Shown: piece by piece, positions 31,758 to 42,334 of the stretch | Numbering within the stretch: position 1 is the stretch's first letter | Layout: every line of letters starts with the position of its first letter | Source of the DNA: a virus | Taxonomy: Duplodnaviria > Caudoviricetes | Direction: 5' to 3' (one strand) | Virus record (IMG/VR): IMGVR_UViG_3300032239_001225 | Location: 1-62,047 of that record | Length of the DNA: 62,047 bases | Program-made: the position numbers and the translations under genes | The notes under the pieces: generated by a model | Database searches by the model: none | Seen by the model: only the letters and a program-made list of their open reading frames with translations | What the model was told of the DNA's origin: nothing

Positions 31758-32973
31758 ATCAGCTTTAATCACAGCAGTCTGTAAGAACAAAGATATTTCT
31801 ACAGTCATGGCTGGTAACTTAGATGAGATTTTTACTTCACACAGAGATGTGTGGGAGGGTCTTAAGTCCTACTATCTTAAGTTTAAAGCAGTGCCAGATG
31901 TATCAGTACTTCAAGAAAAGTTTAAGGATTTTGAACCCGAAGGTGTTAAAGGTGAAACTGCATACTACCTAGATAACCTTAAGAATGAATATCTTTCAAG
32001 CAGAGTTAGAGATATCTTATTGGGTGCAGGAATAAGTCTAAAGTCTAATGCATCGTCCCGTGTTATTGCAGATATGCAGAAAGAACTTTCTAAGTTAAAT
32101 AAATTAACTAATAATGTTCGTGACGTAGATCTTACAGATTTTAAACTTGCAAAAGAACATTTTCAGGCAGTAAAGAATCGTTCTGATGCTATGGGTGGAA
32201 GTCCAGGAATTATGACTGGGTTCAAGGCTATTGACTATGCATACCCCACAGGAATGGCTCCAGGACACCTTATAGTGATGATTGGTTGGCCAGGTAGGGG
32301 TAAGACTTGGATGAGCTCCTATCTAGCCTGTAAAGCCTGGGAACAGGGTTTTAAGCCTATGATTATATCCCTTGAGATGACTCCAGAAAACATGCGAGAT
32401 CGTATCTATACCATGTTGGGCTCAGGCTTGTTTAAGGCTTCAGACTTTGCAAGGGGTGCCATTGATATTAGTGCCTTTGATGACTGGGGTGCTAAAAAGT
32501 TTGCTGACAAGAATCAATTTATCTTAGTTTCAAATGAAGGCTCAGGTGAGGTAACTCCTGCCACAGTACAAGCCAAAATTGATCAGCATAAGCCTGATAT
32601 TGTCATTCTAGACTATCATCAGTTATTTGCAGACAATCAGGGTTCTAAAAATCCTACAGAGCGTAATATGAATATTTCAAAATCATTTAAGGCTTTGGCT
32701 ATGAATAATAATATTCCAATCATTGATATTACTGCTGCAACTATGGATGATACAACTTCTCAGGATTCCCCACCACTTATGTCACAAGTCGCTTGGTCAA
32801 AGGCTATTGAATATGATGCTGATATGGCTATGGCTGTTCATAGAACTCCAGATACCAACATCATTGAAGTAGTAAGTCGCAAGAATCGTCATGGTACTGA
32901 CTTTGGTTTCTACCTAGATTGGGATCTAAATCGGGGAATTGTAAAAGAAATCTACGATACTCCAATACAATAA
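31747..32973 (+). CDS. dnaB: DnaB-like replicative helicase
   Basis: Walker A G.PGRGKT, SLEM, ILDY, IEYDAD and KNRHG. Confidence 0.9.
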   Translation: MNTESALITAVCKNKDISTVMAGNLDEIFTSHRDVWEGLKSYYLKFKAVPDVSVLQEKFKDFEPEGVKGETAYYLDNLKNEYLSSRVRDILLGAGISLKSNASSRVIADMQKELSKLNKLTNNVRDVDLTDFKLAKEHFQAVKNRSDAMGGSPGIMTGFKAIDYAYPTGMAPGHLIVMIGWPGRGKTWMSSYLACKAWEQGFKPMIISLEMTPENMRDRIYTMLGSGLFKASDFARGAIDISAFDDWGAKKFADKNQFILVSNEGSGEVTPATVQAKIDQHKPDIVILDYHQLFADNQGSKNPTERNMNISKSFKALAMNNNIPIIDITAATMDDTTSQDSPPLMSQVAWSKAIEYDADMAMAVHRTPDTNIIEVVSRKNRHGTDFGFYLDWDLNRGIVKEIYDTPIQ

Positions 32974-33026
32974 ACTATGTAATCATTCTCACGCTTGATA
33001 TAATTAGCATGAAGAGAATGGTGATC

Positions 33027-33308
33027 ATGTACCCAAGAAAAATACATGACTTTTGGATAAATGGAGTTATTAAAGATGACTCTAAATTTCAAAGCTCAAA
33101 GGAGAATTATGAAAGACTTTTGGTTCAGCAAATGCGGGACAAAGGTTACGTTCCTGTTCTTGACATGCAAACACAATTTAATGTAAAATATAATGAAGAA
33201 AAAGATCACTATACGTTCAATCTAGTAATGTATGGTATATATATCGGTAAAGCAAAAGCTAAGAAATACGAAGGCTTTTCTGGACAGAGCTTAATAGCCA
33301 AAGGATAA
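33027..33308 (+). CDS. Hypothetical protein
   Basis: Likely start ATG 33027 downstream of a TGaTATAAT element; track ORF starts at 32919. Confidence 0.55.
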   Translation: MYPRKIHDFWINGVIKDDSKFQSSKENYERLLVQQMRDKGYVPVLDMQTQFNVKYNEEKDHYTFNLVMYGIYIGKAKAKKYEGFSGQSLIAKG

Positions 33309-33310
33309 AC

Positions 33311-34273
33311 ATGTTGGATGCATACACTAAATCGGATCTCCGATCTATTTTGCTTGCCTGCAACATTGAGGTTGTTTCTTATACAGGTACAGATTTTTTG
33401 TGTTTATGTCCATTCCATCACAACACTGATTCCCCAGCATTTGCGGTAAGTTACTCAAAAGGTTTATATGTTTGCTACAATCAAAACTGCAACTCATCTG
33501 GAACTATACTAGATTTAGTTAAAGCATTAACTAATAGAAATGATTTTGAAGCACTTAGATTTATATCTGCAAACAAAGTTACTGATGAAGAAGCATTCGA
33601 AGAAGGCCTTAGAGATATATTGGATGACAAGCCAGAGTTTATTCCATTCCCTACTCAAACAGTTGAAAATGCAAATACCTTGCTTATGTCTGGAGAGCAT
33701 GGTGCAAAAGATTATTTATTGTCTAGAAACATTAATGAAGAAGCAATGCAGTATTTCCAACTTGGTTTTTCTGCAGTTCAACAAATGACTATGGTGCCAC
33801 TACATTCACCAGATGGAATTTTAGTTGGTGTTATTGGTAGATCAATACAAGGTAAGTCTTTTAAAAATAGTCCAAACCTTCCACGCAATAAAACTTTGTT
33901 TAACTTGCACAGAGCAAAACGTCAAGGTGGAACTATTATCGTTGTCGAATCCAGCTTTGATGCAATTCGTTTATGGCAAGTAGGCTTTCCAAATGCTGTT
34001 GCAACTTTGGGTGGCAGCATATCAGATATTAATATACAAAATTTAAATAAATATGCATCTACAATTATCATTATGACAGACAATGACAGTGCGGGACGGG
34101 CACTTGGAAAGACAATTGCTACTAAATTAAAGAACAAAAATGTATTATGGGCTAAGTATAACCATGATGTTATCTATCCACACCATGCAAAAGATGTGGG
34201 AGATATGACTGATCAAGAAATAAAACAGTGTATAAAGAATGCAATTCCGCATTTTGAGTACGCAATTTTGTGA
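33311..34273 (+). CDS. dnaG: DNA primase (CHC2 zinc finger plus TOPRIM)
   Basis: CPFH...C...C, VESSFD, DND.AG and KD.GD. Confidence 0.9.
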   Translation: MLDAYTKSDLRSILLACNIEVVSYTGTDFLCLCPFHHNTDSPAFAVSYSKGLYVCYNQNCNSSGTILDLVKALTNRNDFEALRFISANKVTDEEAFEEGLRDILDDKPEFIPFPTQTVENANTLLMSGEHGAKDYLLSRNINEEAMQYFQLGFSAVQQMTMVPLHSPDGILVGVIGRSIQGKSFKNSPNLPRNKTLFNLHRAKRQGGTIIVVESSFDAIRLWQVGFPNAVATLGGSISDINIQNLNKYASTIIIMTDNDSAGRALGKTIATKLKNKNVLWAKYNHDVIYPHHAKDVGDMTDQEIKQCIKNAIPHFEYAIL

Positions 34274-34279
34274 TATAAT
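34271..34279 (+). promoter_or_regulatory. Extended -10 promoter (TGaTATAAT)
   Basis: Consensus match upstream of the SSB gene. Confidence 0.55.
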
Positions 34280-34324
34280 AAAGACACAGGGCATTATATA
34301 GCCCCTTACACTAAGGAGAAATAA

Positions 34325-35002
34325 ATGGGAATAGTAACAGGCTTAGCAGCAATGAATAAGCAAATGGAAAGACCAGTGTCAACTGGAGATGGACAAAAAG
34401 GAAGATGGCTACAACTCAAAGATGGCCAATCATTAAAGATAAGATTCATGCAAGAAATTGATCCAGACTCACCAACGTATGTTGAAAAAGCTGGCTTAGC
34501 TTTTATTGCAGTTGAACACACAAATCCAAAAGATTACAAGCGTAAGGCTTTGTGTACAATTGAAGATCAGGGTCGTTGTTATGGGTGCGAGATGCATCGT
34601 CGTGATCCAAAGGCTGGATGGAAGGGTCGCTCACGTTTCTATGCAAATGTATTAGTAGATGATGGCAATGAAGATCCTTACGTAGCAATCTTCTCTCAGG
34701 GTGCTGGACCAAAGTCTGCAACTCCTGAAATCATCAACTATGCTGGTGAGACTGGCAGCATTACAAACCTTAATTGGAAGTTAAAGCGTACTGGAGAAAA
34801 GACAGATACTAACTATAGTATTATTCCTCTTCCAACTGCTGATGCAAAGCCACTTGATTTTGATAAGTATGAATTATTTGATCTTCAAAAGACAGCAGTT
34901 CGTGATGTTGCTTATGCAGAACAAGAAAACTTCTATCTCGGCATTACTTCTGATTCTCATGATTCAGAAGCATCATCAACATCATCTGCTGTTGAGTGGT
35001 AA
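34325..35002 (+). CDS. Single-stranded DNA-binding protein (gp32-like)
   Basis: Zn-binding H/C..C.GC, K.KR.G...DTNY motif and acidic tail ending in W; between primase and polymerase. Confidence 0.7.
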   Translation: MGIVTGLAAMNKQMERPVSTGDGQKGRWLQLKDGQSLKIRFMQEIDPDSPTYVEKAGLAFIAVEHTNPKDYKRKALCTIEDQGRCYGCEMHRRDPKAGWKGRSRFYANVLVDDGNEDPYVAIFSQGAGPKSATPEIINYAGETGSITNLNWKLKRTGEKTDTNYSIIPLPTADAKPLDFDKYELFDLQKTAVRDVAYAEQENFYLGITSDSHDSEASSTSSAVEW

Positions 35003-35029
35003 AATAAAAAACTAGTAGAAAAGATAAAC

Positions 35030-38000
35030 ATGTCTGACTTTGTGCATTTGCATTGCCATAGCCATTACTCGTTAATGGATGGGCTCAATACCCCTTATGA
35101 GTTGTTAGAGGCTGCAAAGAATCAAGGTCAGACTAGTTTGGCTATTACAGATCACGGCTCGTTAGCAGCACATAGAGATATGCAAATTGCTGCAAAGCAG
35201 TTGGGGGTTAAACCAATTTTAGGATTAGAAGCATACATATCTCCAACAGATAGATTTGATAAGAGATCTGTTTCTAAAAGAGAAGACAATGTTTCACTTT
35301 ACAATCATATTATTTTACTTGCCAAAAATGATCAAGGTTTAAAGAACCTGCAAAAACTTTCACAAATTGCTTGGACTGAAGGTTATTATCATAAACCCAG
35401 AATTGACATGGAAGTGCTTTGGGAGTTTGGTGACGGTATAATTGTAGTGTCAGGTTGTATGAATGGTCTTATTTCAAAAGCAATTGAACGTGGCGAAATA
35501 GATAAGGCTGAAGATCTTATTAAAACATTTAAAGCAAGGTTTAAAGAAGATTTTTATATTGAAGTACAATCTCACAATCCACAAGAATTGAATGCTAAGT
35601 TGTTTGAATTAGCCGATAAGTTTGGAGTAAAGCCAGTTGCAACAGGAGATTGTCATTTTGCAAAGAAAGAGGAGAGGGATTTGGAAGAACTTCTCCTTAT
35701 CTTATCCACAAAACCAACACAGAACAAAGATGCAGACTATACAAGTGGGCGTTTACGTAGTAACATCATTGATCGCTTTGACCATCTTTATCCCAATCGG
35801 CTTATTAGCTTCGCTGACATTAACGTTTATATTCAATCCTATTCTGAAATTAAATCAGACTTTGAAAAAACGGGCGTTAAAAGAGAAGACATATATCAAT
35901 CATCAGTAGAGATTGCAGATAAGATTGAAGCATATGATTTTCATGAAAACTTAGATTTACTTCCAGTACCAAAGAAAAATGCATTAAAAACATTAAAAGA
36001 AATGTGCAACAAGTCATTAGTAGAAAAAGGGTTAATTGATAATGACAAGTATACGGAAAGAGTTAAAGAAGAACTTAAAATCATTGAGGATAAAAACTTT
36101 GCTAGTTATTTTCTCGTTGTGTCTGATATGGTTAATTGGGCGAAGCAGAATGAAATTCTTGTTGGCCCAGGACGTGGATCAGCAGCAGGATCTCTAGTAT
36201 GTTATTTGTTGGGTATAACTGAAGTAGATCCAATTGAATTTGACTTACTGTTTTTTAGATTTATTAATCCAGAGCGTAATGACTTTCCTGATATTGATAC
36301 AGACTTCATGGATCGTCGTCGTGGAGAAGTAAAAGAATACCTTAGAAAGAAGTTTAAGCACGTTGCTTCTATTTCTACATATCAATACTTTAAGGATAAA
36401 GGAGTTATTCGTGACGTTGCTAGAACATTTTTGGTCCCACTCGGTGAGGTGGATAAGGCACTTAAGGGTGTTGAGACGTTTGAAGAGTATGAATCTTCCC
36501 CCAGTACGGACGAATTTAGAAAAAAATATCCAGAAGTAACTAAGTATGCTTCTATGTTGCGTGGAAAGATTCGTGGCAATGGTATGCATGCAGCGGGAGT
36601 TGTAGTAGCTAAGGACGATATCAGTAAGTATGTTCCCATTGAAACACGTAAAGATCCAAACGAATCAGTGTCTGGAAGAATTCCAGTCGTTGCTTATGAT
36701 ATGGAACAGACAGCAGATTTAGGTTTGATTAAGCTAGACGTACTTGGACTTAAAACACTTTCTGTTATTGATGATACTTTAAGAACTATTGAGCACATCA
36801 AGAAAAAAAAGATTGATATTGGCTCTGTTAAACTTGATGATCCAAAAGTATTTGAGATGCTTTCAAATGGATTTACAAAAGGAGTGTTTCAAGCAGAAGC
36901 AACTCCATATACAAACCTTCTTATGAAAATGGGTGTAAGTACCTTTGAAGATTTGGCTGCATCAAATGCATTAGTGCGTCCAGGTGCCATGAATACAGTC
37001 GGAGGATCCTATATAAGGCGTAAAAAGGGAGAAGAGATGATAACCTATGCTCACCCAATTATGCAGCAGTTTACAGCCAGAACTTATGGTGTTATTATTT
37101 ATCAAGAACAGGTTATGCAAGCATGCGTATATCTAGGAGGAATGTCTTGGGCAGATGCTGACAAAGTTAGAAAGATTATTGGTAAGAAAAAAAATGCAAG
37201 TGAATTTGATGCCTATAAAGATCAATTTATCACTGGTGCAAGTTTACATATCACGCCTGAAGATGCACAAAAGCTTTGGCATGATTTTGAAGCTCACGCA
37301 GGATATTCTTTTAACCGTTCACATGCTATTGCTTATTCTATGTTATCGTATTATACTGCGTGGCTTAAGTGTTATTATCCGTTGGAGTTTATGTTTGCCA
37401 TACTCAAAAACGAAAAAGATAAAGATGCTCGTACGGACTATTTATTGGAAGCAAAGCGACTTGGCATTAAAGTACTCCTTCCCCATATTAATGAATCTGA
37501 TTTGGATTTCACGATTCAAGGAAACTCTATAAGATTTGGTCTATCTAATATTAAGTATATTTCAGATAATATTGGAAGCAAGATAACTGCTTTACGTCCA
37601 TTTAAAACATATGAAGATTTTACTGAAAAGGCAAAACAGAAAGGCAGTGGCATCAACGCAAGAGCCATAGAATCCCTTAATATGATAGGTGCTGCTGCTT
37701 TTCCTGACAACCCACGTCAAGGTAATGAAAATGAAAACCTTTATGAGTATTTGGGAATTCCTAAATTTGATACAGGCAAGTTAAGTCCAAAAATTAAATC
37801 ACAAGTAAATCCATTATCTGAATTTCTTGAGTCAGGTTGTTTTGTCCTTTTGGCTATGGTTAAATCTATTAAGAAGGGAACGGGATGGTCTAGAGTTGAG
37901 CTTGTAGATGATACAGGATCAGTAGGTATATTCCATAGTGAGAATACTCAGATTGAAACAGGTATGATGTACTTTTTCCTAGTAGGAGACAATCGCATTC

Positions 38001-38311
38001 ATAAATATGTTACAATTAATGATGTAGTTGACAAAGTAGATGATCCTTTTGTACAATGGTTGTATAAGGATAAATTAAAGATTGAAGATGGTAAGAGATT
38101 AGTGTTAGATTTTACTAACTATAAAACAAAAGCAAACAAAATGATGGCTCACATAATACTATCTGATTCAGATAAAAATCTTGAGCGTGTTATTGCTTTC
38201 CCTAAAGTTTACACAACAGCACTTGGTAAAATGAGACCAGGAACTGTGTGTGATCCCGCAATATCCAAAATGGATGACGGTACTCTATTTGTAAAGGAGG
38301 TGACAATATGA
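35030..38311 (+). CDS. dnaE: DNA polymerase III alpha subunit
   Basis: PHP HLHCHSHYS.MDG and TDHG; GRGSAAGSL; PDIDTD; HAAG; KLD.LGL; GYSFNRSH. Confidence 0.96.
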   Translation: MSDFVHLHCHSHYSLMDGLNTPYELLEAAKNQGQTSLAITDHGSLAAHRDMQIAAKQLGVKPILGLEAYISPTDRFDKRSVSKREDNVSLYNHIILLAKNDQGLKNLQKLSQIAWTEGYYHKPRIDMEVLWEFGDGIIVVSGCMNGLISKAIERGEIDKAEDLIKTFKARFKEDFYIEVQSHNPQELNAKLFELADKFGVKPVATGDCHFAKKEERDLEELLLILSTKPTQNKDADYTSGRLRSNIIDRFDHLYPNRLISFADINVYIQSYSEIKSDFEKTGVKREDIYQSSVEIADKIEAYDFHENLDLLPVPKKNALKTLKEMCNKSLVEKGLIDNDKYTERVKEELKIIEDKNFASYFLVVSDMVNWAKQNEILVGPGRGSAAGSLVCYLLGITEVDPIEFDLLFFRFINPERNDFPDIDTDFMDRRRGEVKEYLRKKFKHVASISTYQYFKDKGVIRDVARTFLVPLGEVDKALKGVETFEEYESSPSTDEFRKKYPEVTKYASMLRGKIRGNGMHAAGVVVAKDDISKYVPIETRKDPNESVSGRIPVVAYDMEQTADLGLIKLDVLGLKTLSVIDDTLRTIEHIKKKKIDIGSVKLDDPKVFEMLSNGFTKGVFQAEATPYTNLLMKMGVSTFEDLAASNALVRPGAMNTVGGSYIRRKKGEEMITYAHPIMQQFTARTYGVIIYQEQVMQACVYLGGMSWADADKVRKIIGKKKNASEFDAYKDQFITGASLHITPEDAQKLWHDFEAHAGYSFNRSHAIAYSMLSYYTAWLKCYYPLEFMFAILKNEKDKDARTDYLLEAKRLGIKVLLPHINESDLDFTIQGNSIRFGLSNIKYISDNIGSKITALRPFKTYEDFTEKAKQKGSGINARAIESLNMIGAAAFPDNPRQGNENENLYEYLGIPKFDTGKLSPKIKSQVNPLSEFLESGCFVLLAMVKSIKKGTGWSRVELVDDTGSVGIFHSENTQIETGMMYFFLVGDNRIHKYVTINDVVDKVDDPFVQWLYKDKLKIEDGKRLVLDFTNYKTKANKMMAHIILSDSDKNLERVIAFPKVYTTALGKMRPGTVCDPAISKMDDGTLFVKEVTI

Positions 38312-38592
38312 CAGACGAGAGAACAGTTGCACCAGATGCAACTACAGATGCATCTGCTTCAAATAATGTAAACATTAGCATTGAGCAGATCTGTGCAGCA
38401 ATTCTTAACACAGTAACTTCAGTAGAGGTTCCTCTAGATAATCTTCTTGCAAATTATGGCAATAAAGTTATTGCTATTAATCAGGATGAAGAGACTAAGG
38501 CAGTAACATTTACTCTTGCAGATACTCCAGAACCACAGGAGCTTCCAGCAGATGATGTAGAAGCTACAGAAGACACAGAAGCAGCTGAATAA
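38308..38592 (+). CDS. Acidic hypothetical protein
   Basis: AGGAGGTG SD; 94-aa ORF. Confidence 0.6.
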   Translation: MTDERTVAPDATTDASASNNVNISIEQICAAILNTVTSVEVPLDNLLANYGNKVIAINQDEETKAVTFTLADTPEPQELPADDVEATEDTEAAE

Positions 38593-38594
38593 AA

Positions 38595-38855
38595 TTGGCT
38601 ACATCTTATGTACTTAAAGGAACGGAAAACGAGTATCTTTTGGTCATTAAAGCAGAAGATGAAAAAGCAATACAAAAGATCATAGACCATCTTTATTCTA
38701 GCAGGAATGCTGAAATAAAAGAGGTAGCAACTGAATTAGAAAAGAGCTTAAACGAAGATGTTAACAGAAGAGATATTAGCAAAGTTAGATCCAAAAACAA
38801 GAGCAAGAGTTCAAATAGCAACAACAGTGGACGTAGAAAAACAAAAGACACCTAG
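38595..38855 (+). CDS. Hypothetical protein overlapping the recA start
   Basis: TTG-start ORF filling the gap before recA. Confidence 0.5.
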   Translation: MATSYVLKGTENEYLLVIKAEDEKAIQKIIDHLYSSRNAEIKEVATELEKSLNEDVNRRDISKVRSKNKSKSSNSNNSGRRKTKDT

Positions 38856-39756
38856 CATTGGTCTTAACATGGCCTTAAAAGGTGGGTTTGGATATGGTCG
38901 TCAAGTTCTTGTTTGGGGTAACAAGTCTGCTGGAAAATCTTCATTTTGTTTGCAGATGATTGCAGATGCTCAAAAAAATGGTAAGACTTGTGCATGGATT
39001 GATGCAGAGGCATCTTATTCTGCTGATTGGGCATTTAAATTAGGCGTAGATTCAGAAAAGTTAATTTATTCTCCTGCTAAAACTATTAATGATATGGTTG
39101 ACGTTGCTACGCAACTTATGGATGCTGGTGTAGACTTAATTGTGGTAGATTCAATATCTGCCTTACTCCCAGCCATTTACTTTGAAAAAGATAGTTCTGA
39201 TCTTAAGAAGCTTGAGGATACAAAGCAAATTGGTGCAGAAGCAAAGGATATGACTCACGCAGTCAAAATGTTAAACTATGCCAACAAAAACACGCTATTG
39301 GTTCTCATTTCACAACAACGTAATCAATTTGGTAGCATGCATGCATCCCACATCCCAACTGGAGGAATGGCGGTTAAGTTCTTTTCTTCTACCGTTATCA
39401 AACTCTGGTCGTCGGAAGCTGAAGCGAATGCTATTAAGTCTGGTATTCAAGTGGGCGATAAAATCATTGAACAAAGAGTCGGAAGACCCGTCAATTGGAT
39501 TATTGATTACAATAAACTCGGACCGCCAAATCTCTCAGGACAATATGACTTTTACTACCAGGGTGCACATGTTGGTGTAGACTCAATAGGAGAAGTTGTT
39601 GACGTTGCAGAAATGATGGGGATAATTCAAAAGGGTGGTGCATGGTATACTGTTGGAGAAGAAAGATTCCAAGGTAGAGCAAAGGTTGTGGATTACGTTA
39701 GAAGCAATCCAGATGTTGCATTAAGGTTACAGGAGCAAATATATGCCAAGTCTTGA
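38758..39756 (+). CDS. recA: RecA-like recombinase
   Basis: G..SAGKS Walker A, IDAE, VVDS, ISQ.R, TGG.A.KF and KGGAWY. Confidence 0.93.
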   Translation: MLTEEILAKLDPKTRARVQIATTVDVEKQKTPSIGLNMALKGGFGYGRQVLVWGNKSAGKSSFCLQMIADAQKNGKTCAWIDAEASYSADWAFKLGVDSEKLIYSPAKTINDMVDVATQLMDAGVDLIVVDSISALLPAIYFEKDSSDLKKLEDTKQIGAEAKDMTHAVKMLNYANKNTLLVLISQQRNQFGSMHASHIPTGGMAVKFFSSTVIKLWSSEAEANAIKSGIQVGDKIIEQRVGRPVNWIIDYNKLGPPNLSGQYDFYYQGAHVGVDSIGEVVDVAEMMGIIQKGGAWYTVGEERFQGRAKVVDYVRSNPDVALRLQEQIYAKS

Positions 39757-39931
39757 TGACTTCCTTAATAACAGCAACAAGATAGAAGAATTTTTAGATC
39801 CAGTAGAAGGTTCTTTTGCTTGTCAAAATTCTGAATGTAAAGATGTTACAACAGAAGCTTTTCTTGATAGAATGCATAACACAATAAAATGGACTTGTAT
39901 TAATGGTCATGATTCGAGTGTTAAAATATGA
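39743..39931 (+). CDS. Small zinc-binding hypothetical protein
   Basis: C....C ... C..GH. Confidence 0.55.
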   Translation: MPSLDDFLNNSNKIEEFLDPVEGSFACQNSECKDVTTEAFLDRMHNTIKWTCINGHDSSVKI

Positions 39932-40239
39932 GTGAGCGTGGAGAAATAAAACGTGACGGAGCAAAAGGACAAAAAAATTCTGGTCGTGGCGATTACCAAA
40001 AAGGGGATGCTATCTGGCACAATTTTGTGGTGGATTACAAAGAGTATGCTAAATCAATCTCTATTTCAAAAGATATATGGGCGAAAATTTGCACAGACAC
40101 TTTTAAAGTTAGTAGGGATAAGAGCCCAGTACTTAAACTCATCCTTGGTGGCGAAGGAGCTAAAACTAGACTTGCAGTAATTGAATGGGCGTTACTAGAG
40201 CAGTTAATAGAGTGTTGGGAGACACATAATGGACTTTAA
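39928..40239 (+). CDS. Putative Holliday junction resolvase (PD-(D/E)xK)
   Basis: E...NSG...KGD...VDYK pattern. Confidence 0.6.
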   Translation: MSERGEIKRDGAKGQKNSGRGDYQKGDAIWHNFVVDYKEYAKSISISKDIWAKICTDTFKVSRDKSPVLKLILGGEGAKTRLAVIEWALLEQLIECWETHNGL

Positions 40240-40393
40240 TGAGTGGATGAAATTTGGGTACGATAAAGGTTGGATTAGTGATGTATTTTGTAATACACAT
40301 GATGGTGGTCCACTAACTGATGATGAGCAACAAGAATGGGATGAAGGCGGAGACCCATGTATGTTTTGTGTAAGGGTGAATGAACTTGACTGA
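40229..40393 (+). CDS. Small hypothetical protein (54 aa, not in track)
   Basis: MDFNEWMKFGYDKGWISDVFCNTHDG...GGDPCMFCVRV; fills the gap and overlaps both neighbours. Confidence 0.6.
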   Translation: MDFNEWMKFGYDKGWISDVFCNTHDGGPLTDDEQQEWDEGGDPCMFCVRVNELD

Positions 40394-40712
40394 TAAAGCA
40401 ACTATAGATTTAGTAAGTGAACTTACAGAGTTTAACGATATTAAAGAGTATATGAATGATAAAGATCTTGACTATGCTCTTGATTTGATTATTAAACTTA
40501 TTGTTAAGCCTGATGTTCCATCATCAAAAGCCCCCGATCTTATCATTAAGATGCAGGCATTGGCAGCAAAGTTTGCCATAATGTCACGATATTACACTAC
40601 CTTTGAAAAAGGCGGGGAGAATAGCAAGAAGAAAAACGTATATTACACAGCTGAAGAAGCTATTAATAGATTAGTAGATGCTCTAAAGTATTCTGCAAAG
40701 TATGGAGCATAA
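40380..40712 (+). CDS. Hypothetical helical protein
   Basis: 110-aa ORF coupled to 40712. Confidence 0.6.
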   Translation: MNLTDKATIDLVSELTEFNDIKEYMNDKDLDYALDLIIKLIVKPDVPSSKAPDLIIKMQALAAKFAIMSRYYTTFEKGGENSKKKNVYYTAEEAINRLVDALKYSAKYGA

Positions 40713-41497
40713 TGGGTAGAGATTTAATAGCAAACTTAAAGTTTCAAAAAATATCTGATCCAGAAGGATTTGATCCTGCAAAGTTTGCACAAATGTATGA
40801 AGAAGCAGTTTTAAATGGAAAGAGACCAAATGAATTTACACAGAAAAAAACTTTTAGTCCTAGCACTGTTGGTTATGGTAACGGTAACTGTCCTAGATAT
40901 TGGTTCATTGCTTTTAGTGGTGCAGAGTTTGAAAATGAAACCGATGCTATGGGTGTCGTTAACATGGATAACGGTACGTATGTCCATGATCGCATTCAGA
41001 AAGTCATGGCTAAAACGCCAGTATTCAAAGCAAATGAAACAGAAGTTACCCATGATGATCCACCAATTAGAGGCTTTGCAGACACTTTTATAGAGTGGAA
41101 CGGTAAAGAAGTAGTAGGAGAAATTAAATCTGCCAAAGAAGAAATTTTTGCTATTAGGCAAGCAGAGATGCAAGGTTTGCCATATCACAAAGTTCAATTG
41201 CTAACCTACATGAAAATTCGTGGAGCACAACAAGGCTTTTTCTTTTATGAAAATAAAAACGATAATTCATTTTTAATTATTCCAATTAATATGGATGAGC
41301 GTAATACAAAACTTGTTGACGGAGTATGGGATTGGATGCGTAAAGTTTATGCAGCATATGAGGCTGGAACTTTGCCAGAAAGAAAGTTTACTAAATCTAC
41401 TTGGGCTTGTAAAGGCTGTCCTGTTAAAAAAGTTTGTTGGGCAGAAAAGAAAGATCTTGGTGAAGTTGACATAGAAGCTTTGGTACTTGAAAAATGA
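40712..41497 (+). CDS. Cas4-like PD-(D/E)xK exonuclease
   Basis: CPR, GT..H, G.AD, EIKS, Q...Y and C..C.....C motifs. Confidence 0.8.
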   Translation: MGRDLIANLKFQKISDPEGFDPAKFAQMYEEAVLNGKRPNEFTQKKTFSPSTVGYGNGNCPRYWFIAFSGAEFENETDAMGVVNMDNGTYVHDRIQKVMAKTPVFKANETEVTHDDPPIRGFADTFIEWNGKEVVGEIKSAKEEIFAIRQAEMQGLPYHKVQLLTYMKIRGAQQGFFFYENKNDNSFLIIPINMDERNTKLVDGVWDWMRKVYAAYEAGTLPERKFTKSTWACKGCPVKKVCWAEKKDLGEVDIEALVLEK

Positions 41498-41781
41498 TAT
41501 GTTCATACGATCAGTGTGATAATGAATTTACTCCTAAAACCCACAATCAAAAGTATTGCTCAGATGAATGCTGTCGTATAGCAACAAATCAAAAGTTAAA
41601 AGATGCTTATTATGAAAAGAAGGAAAGACTTGCAGGCAAAGAGAGAATATGTAGGGTAAAGGGTTGTAATACCTTGCTGAGCAGATACAAAGAAGATAAT
41701 GTTTGTTCATTGTGTAAAGCAAAAGAAGAAAGTAAAAAGCGTCAAAACTTACTAGATATGGTGAAACGTGTCTCTGGCTAA
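41494..41781 (+). CDS. Zinc-finger protein
   Basis: C....C...KYCS..C plus a second Cys cluster. Confidence 0.65.
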   Translation: MICSYDQCDNEFTPKTHNQKYCSDECCRIATNQKLKDAYYEKKERLAGKERICRVKGCNTLLSRYKEDNVCSLCKAKEESKKRQNLLDMVKRVSG

Positions 41782-42325
41782 ACTTGCAAAACCAAAAGCA
41801 AAAAAAGTACTAGGCATAGATGCCAGTACAAATAGTTTTGCTTTCTGTTTAATGGATGGAAAAACACCTGTTAAATGGGGAGAAATAAACTTTGAAGGTG
41901 GCAATATCTACGAAAGAATACTTGATGCTAAAAATAAGATTAGGTCATTTAAGCGTGAGCTGGATACAGATTTTATAGTAATTGAAGCAGCCATATCTGT
42001 TAAATCAATCCATACTGGAATTAAAATGGCATACGTTTTTGGTGCTATAATGGGAGAGTTGCTTAGTGATGGAGTACGTGTGGAAGAGATACATCCAATA
42101 ACATGGCAGTCCTATTTGGGTAATAAAAATTTTACAAAATCAGAAAAACAGGCGGTTAAAGATGAGTTTCCAGGAAAATCAGAAAACTGGTACAAGGGAA
42201 AAATTAGAGAAATCAGAAAGCAGCGTACATTGGATTTTGCTAGAACGCTTGGCATTGAAGTTCAAAGTGATAATGTCTCTGATGCTGCGGGAATAGCATG
42301 GTATGCAGTAAATGAAATTGTGTGA
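41768..42325 (+). CDS. RuvC-like resolvase
   Basis: LGID.S, VIE, P..W and D..SDA.GI. Confidence 0.8.
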   Translation: MSLAKLAKPKAKKVLGIDASTNSFAFCLMDGKTPVKWGEINFEGGNIYERILDAKNKIRSFKRELDTDFIVIEAAISVKSIHTGIKMAYVFGAIMGELLSDGVRVEEIHPITWQSYLGNKNFTKSEKQAVKDEFPGKSENWYKGKIREIRKQRTLDFARTLGIEVQSDNVSDAAGIAWYAVNEIV

Positions 42326-42334
42326 GGAGGTATA

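Noticed and set aside
38758-38855. 98-nt overlap of ORF 38595 with recA as a frameshift or regulatory device
   Set aside because: The overlapping tail is low-complexity, no slippery site is evident, and recA is complete from its own ATG
40712-41497. Cas4-like gene as part of a CRISPR-Cas system
   Set aside because: No cas1, cas2 or array; solo Cas4-like nucleases are common in phage recombination modules
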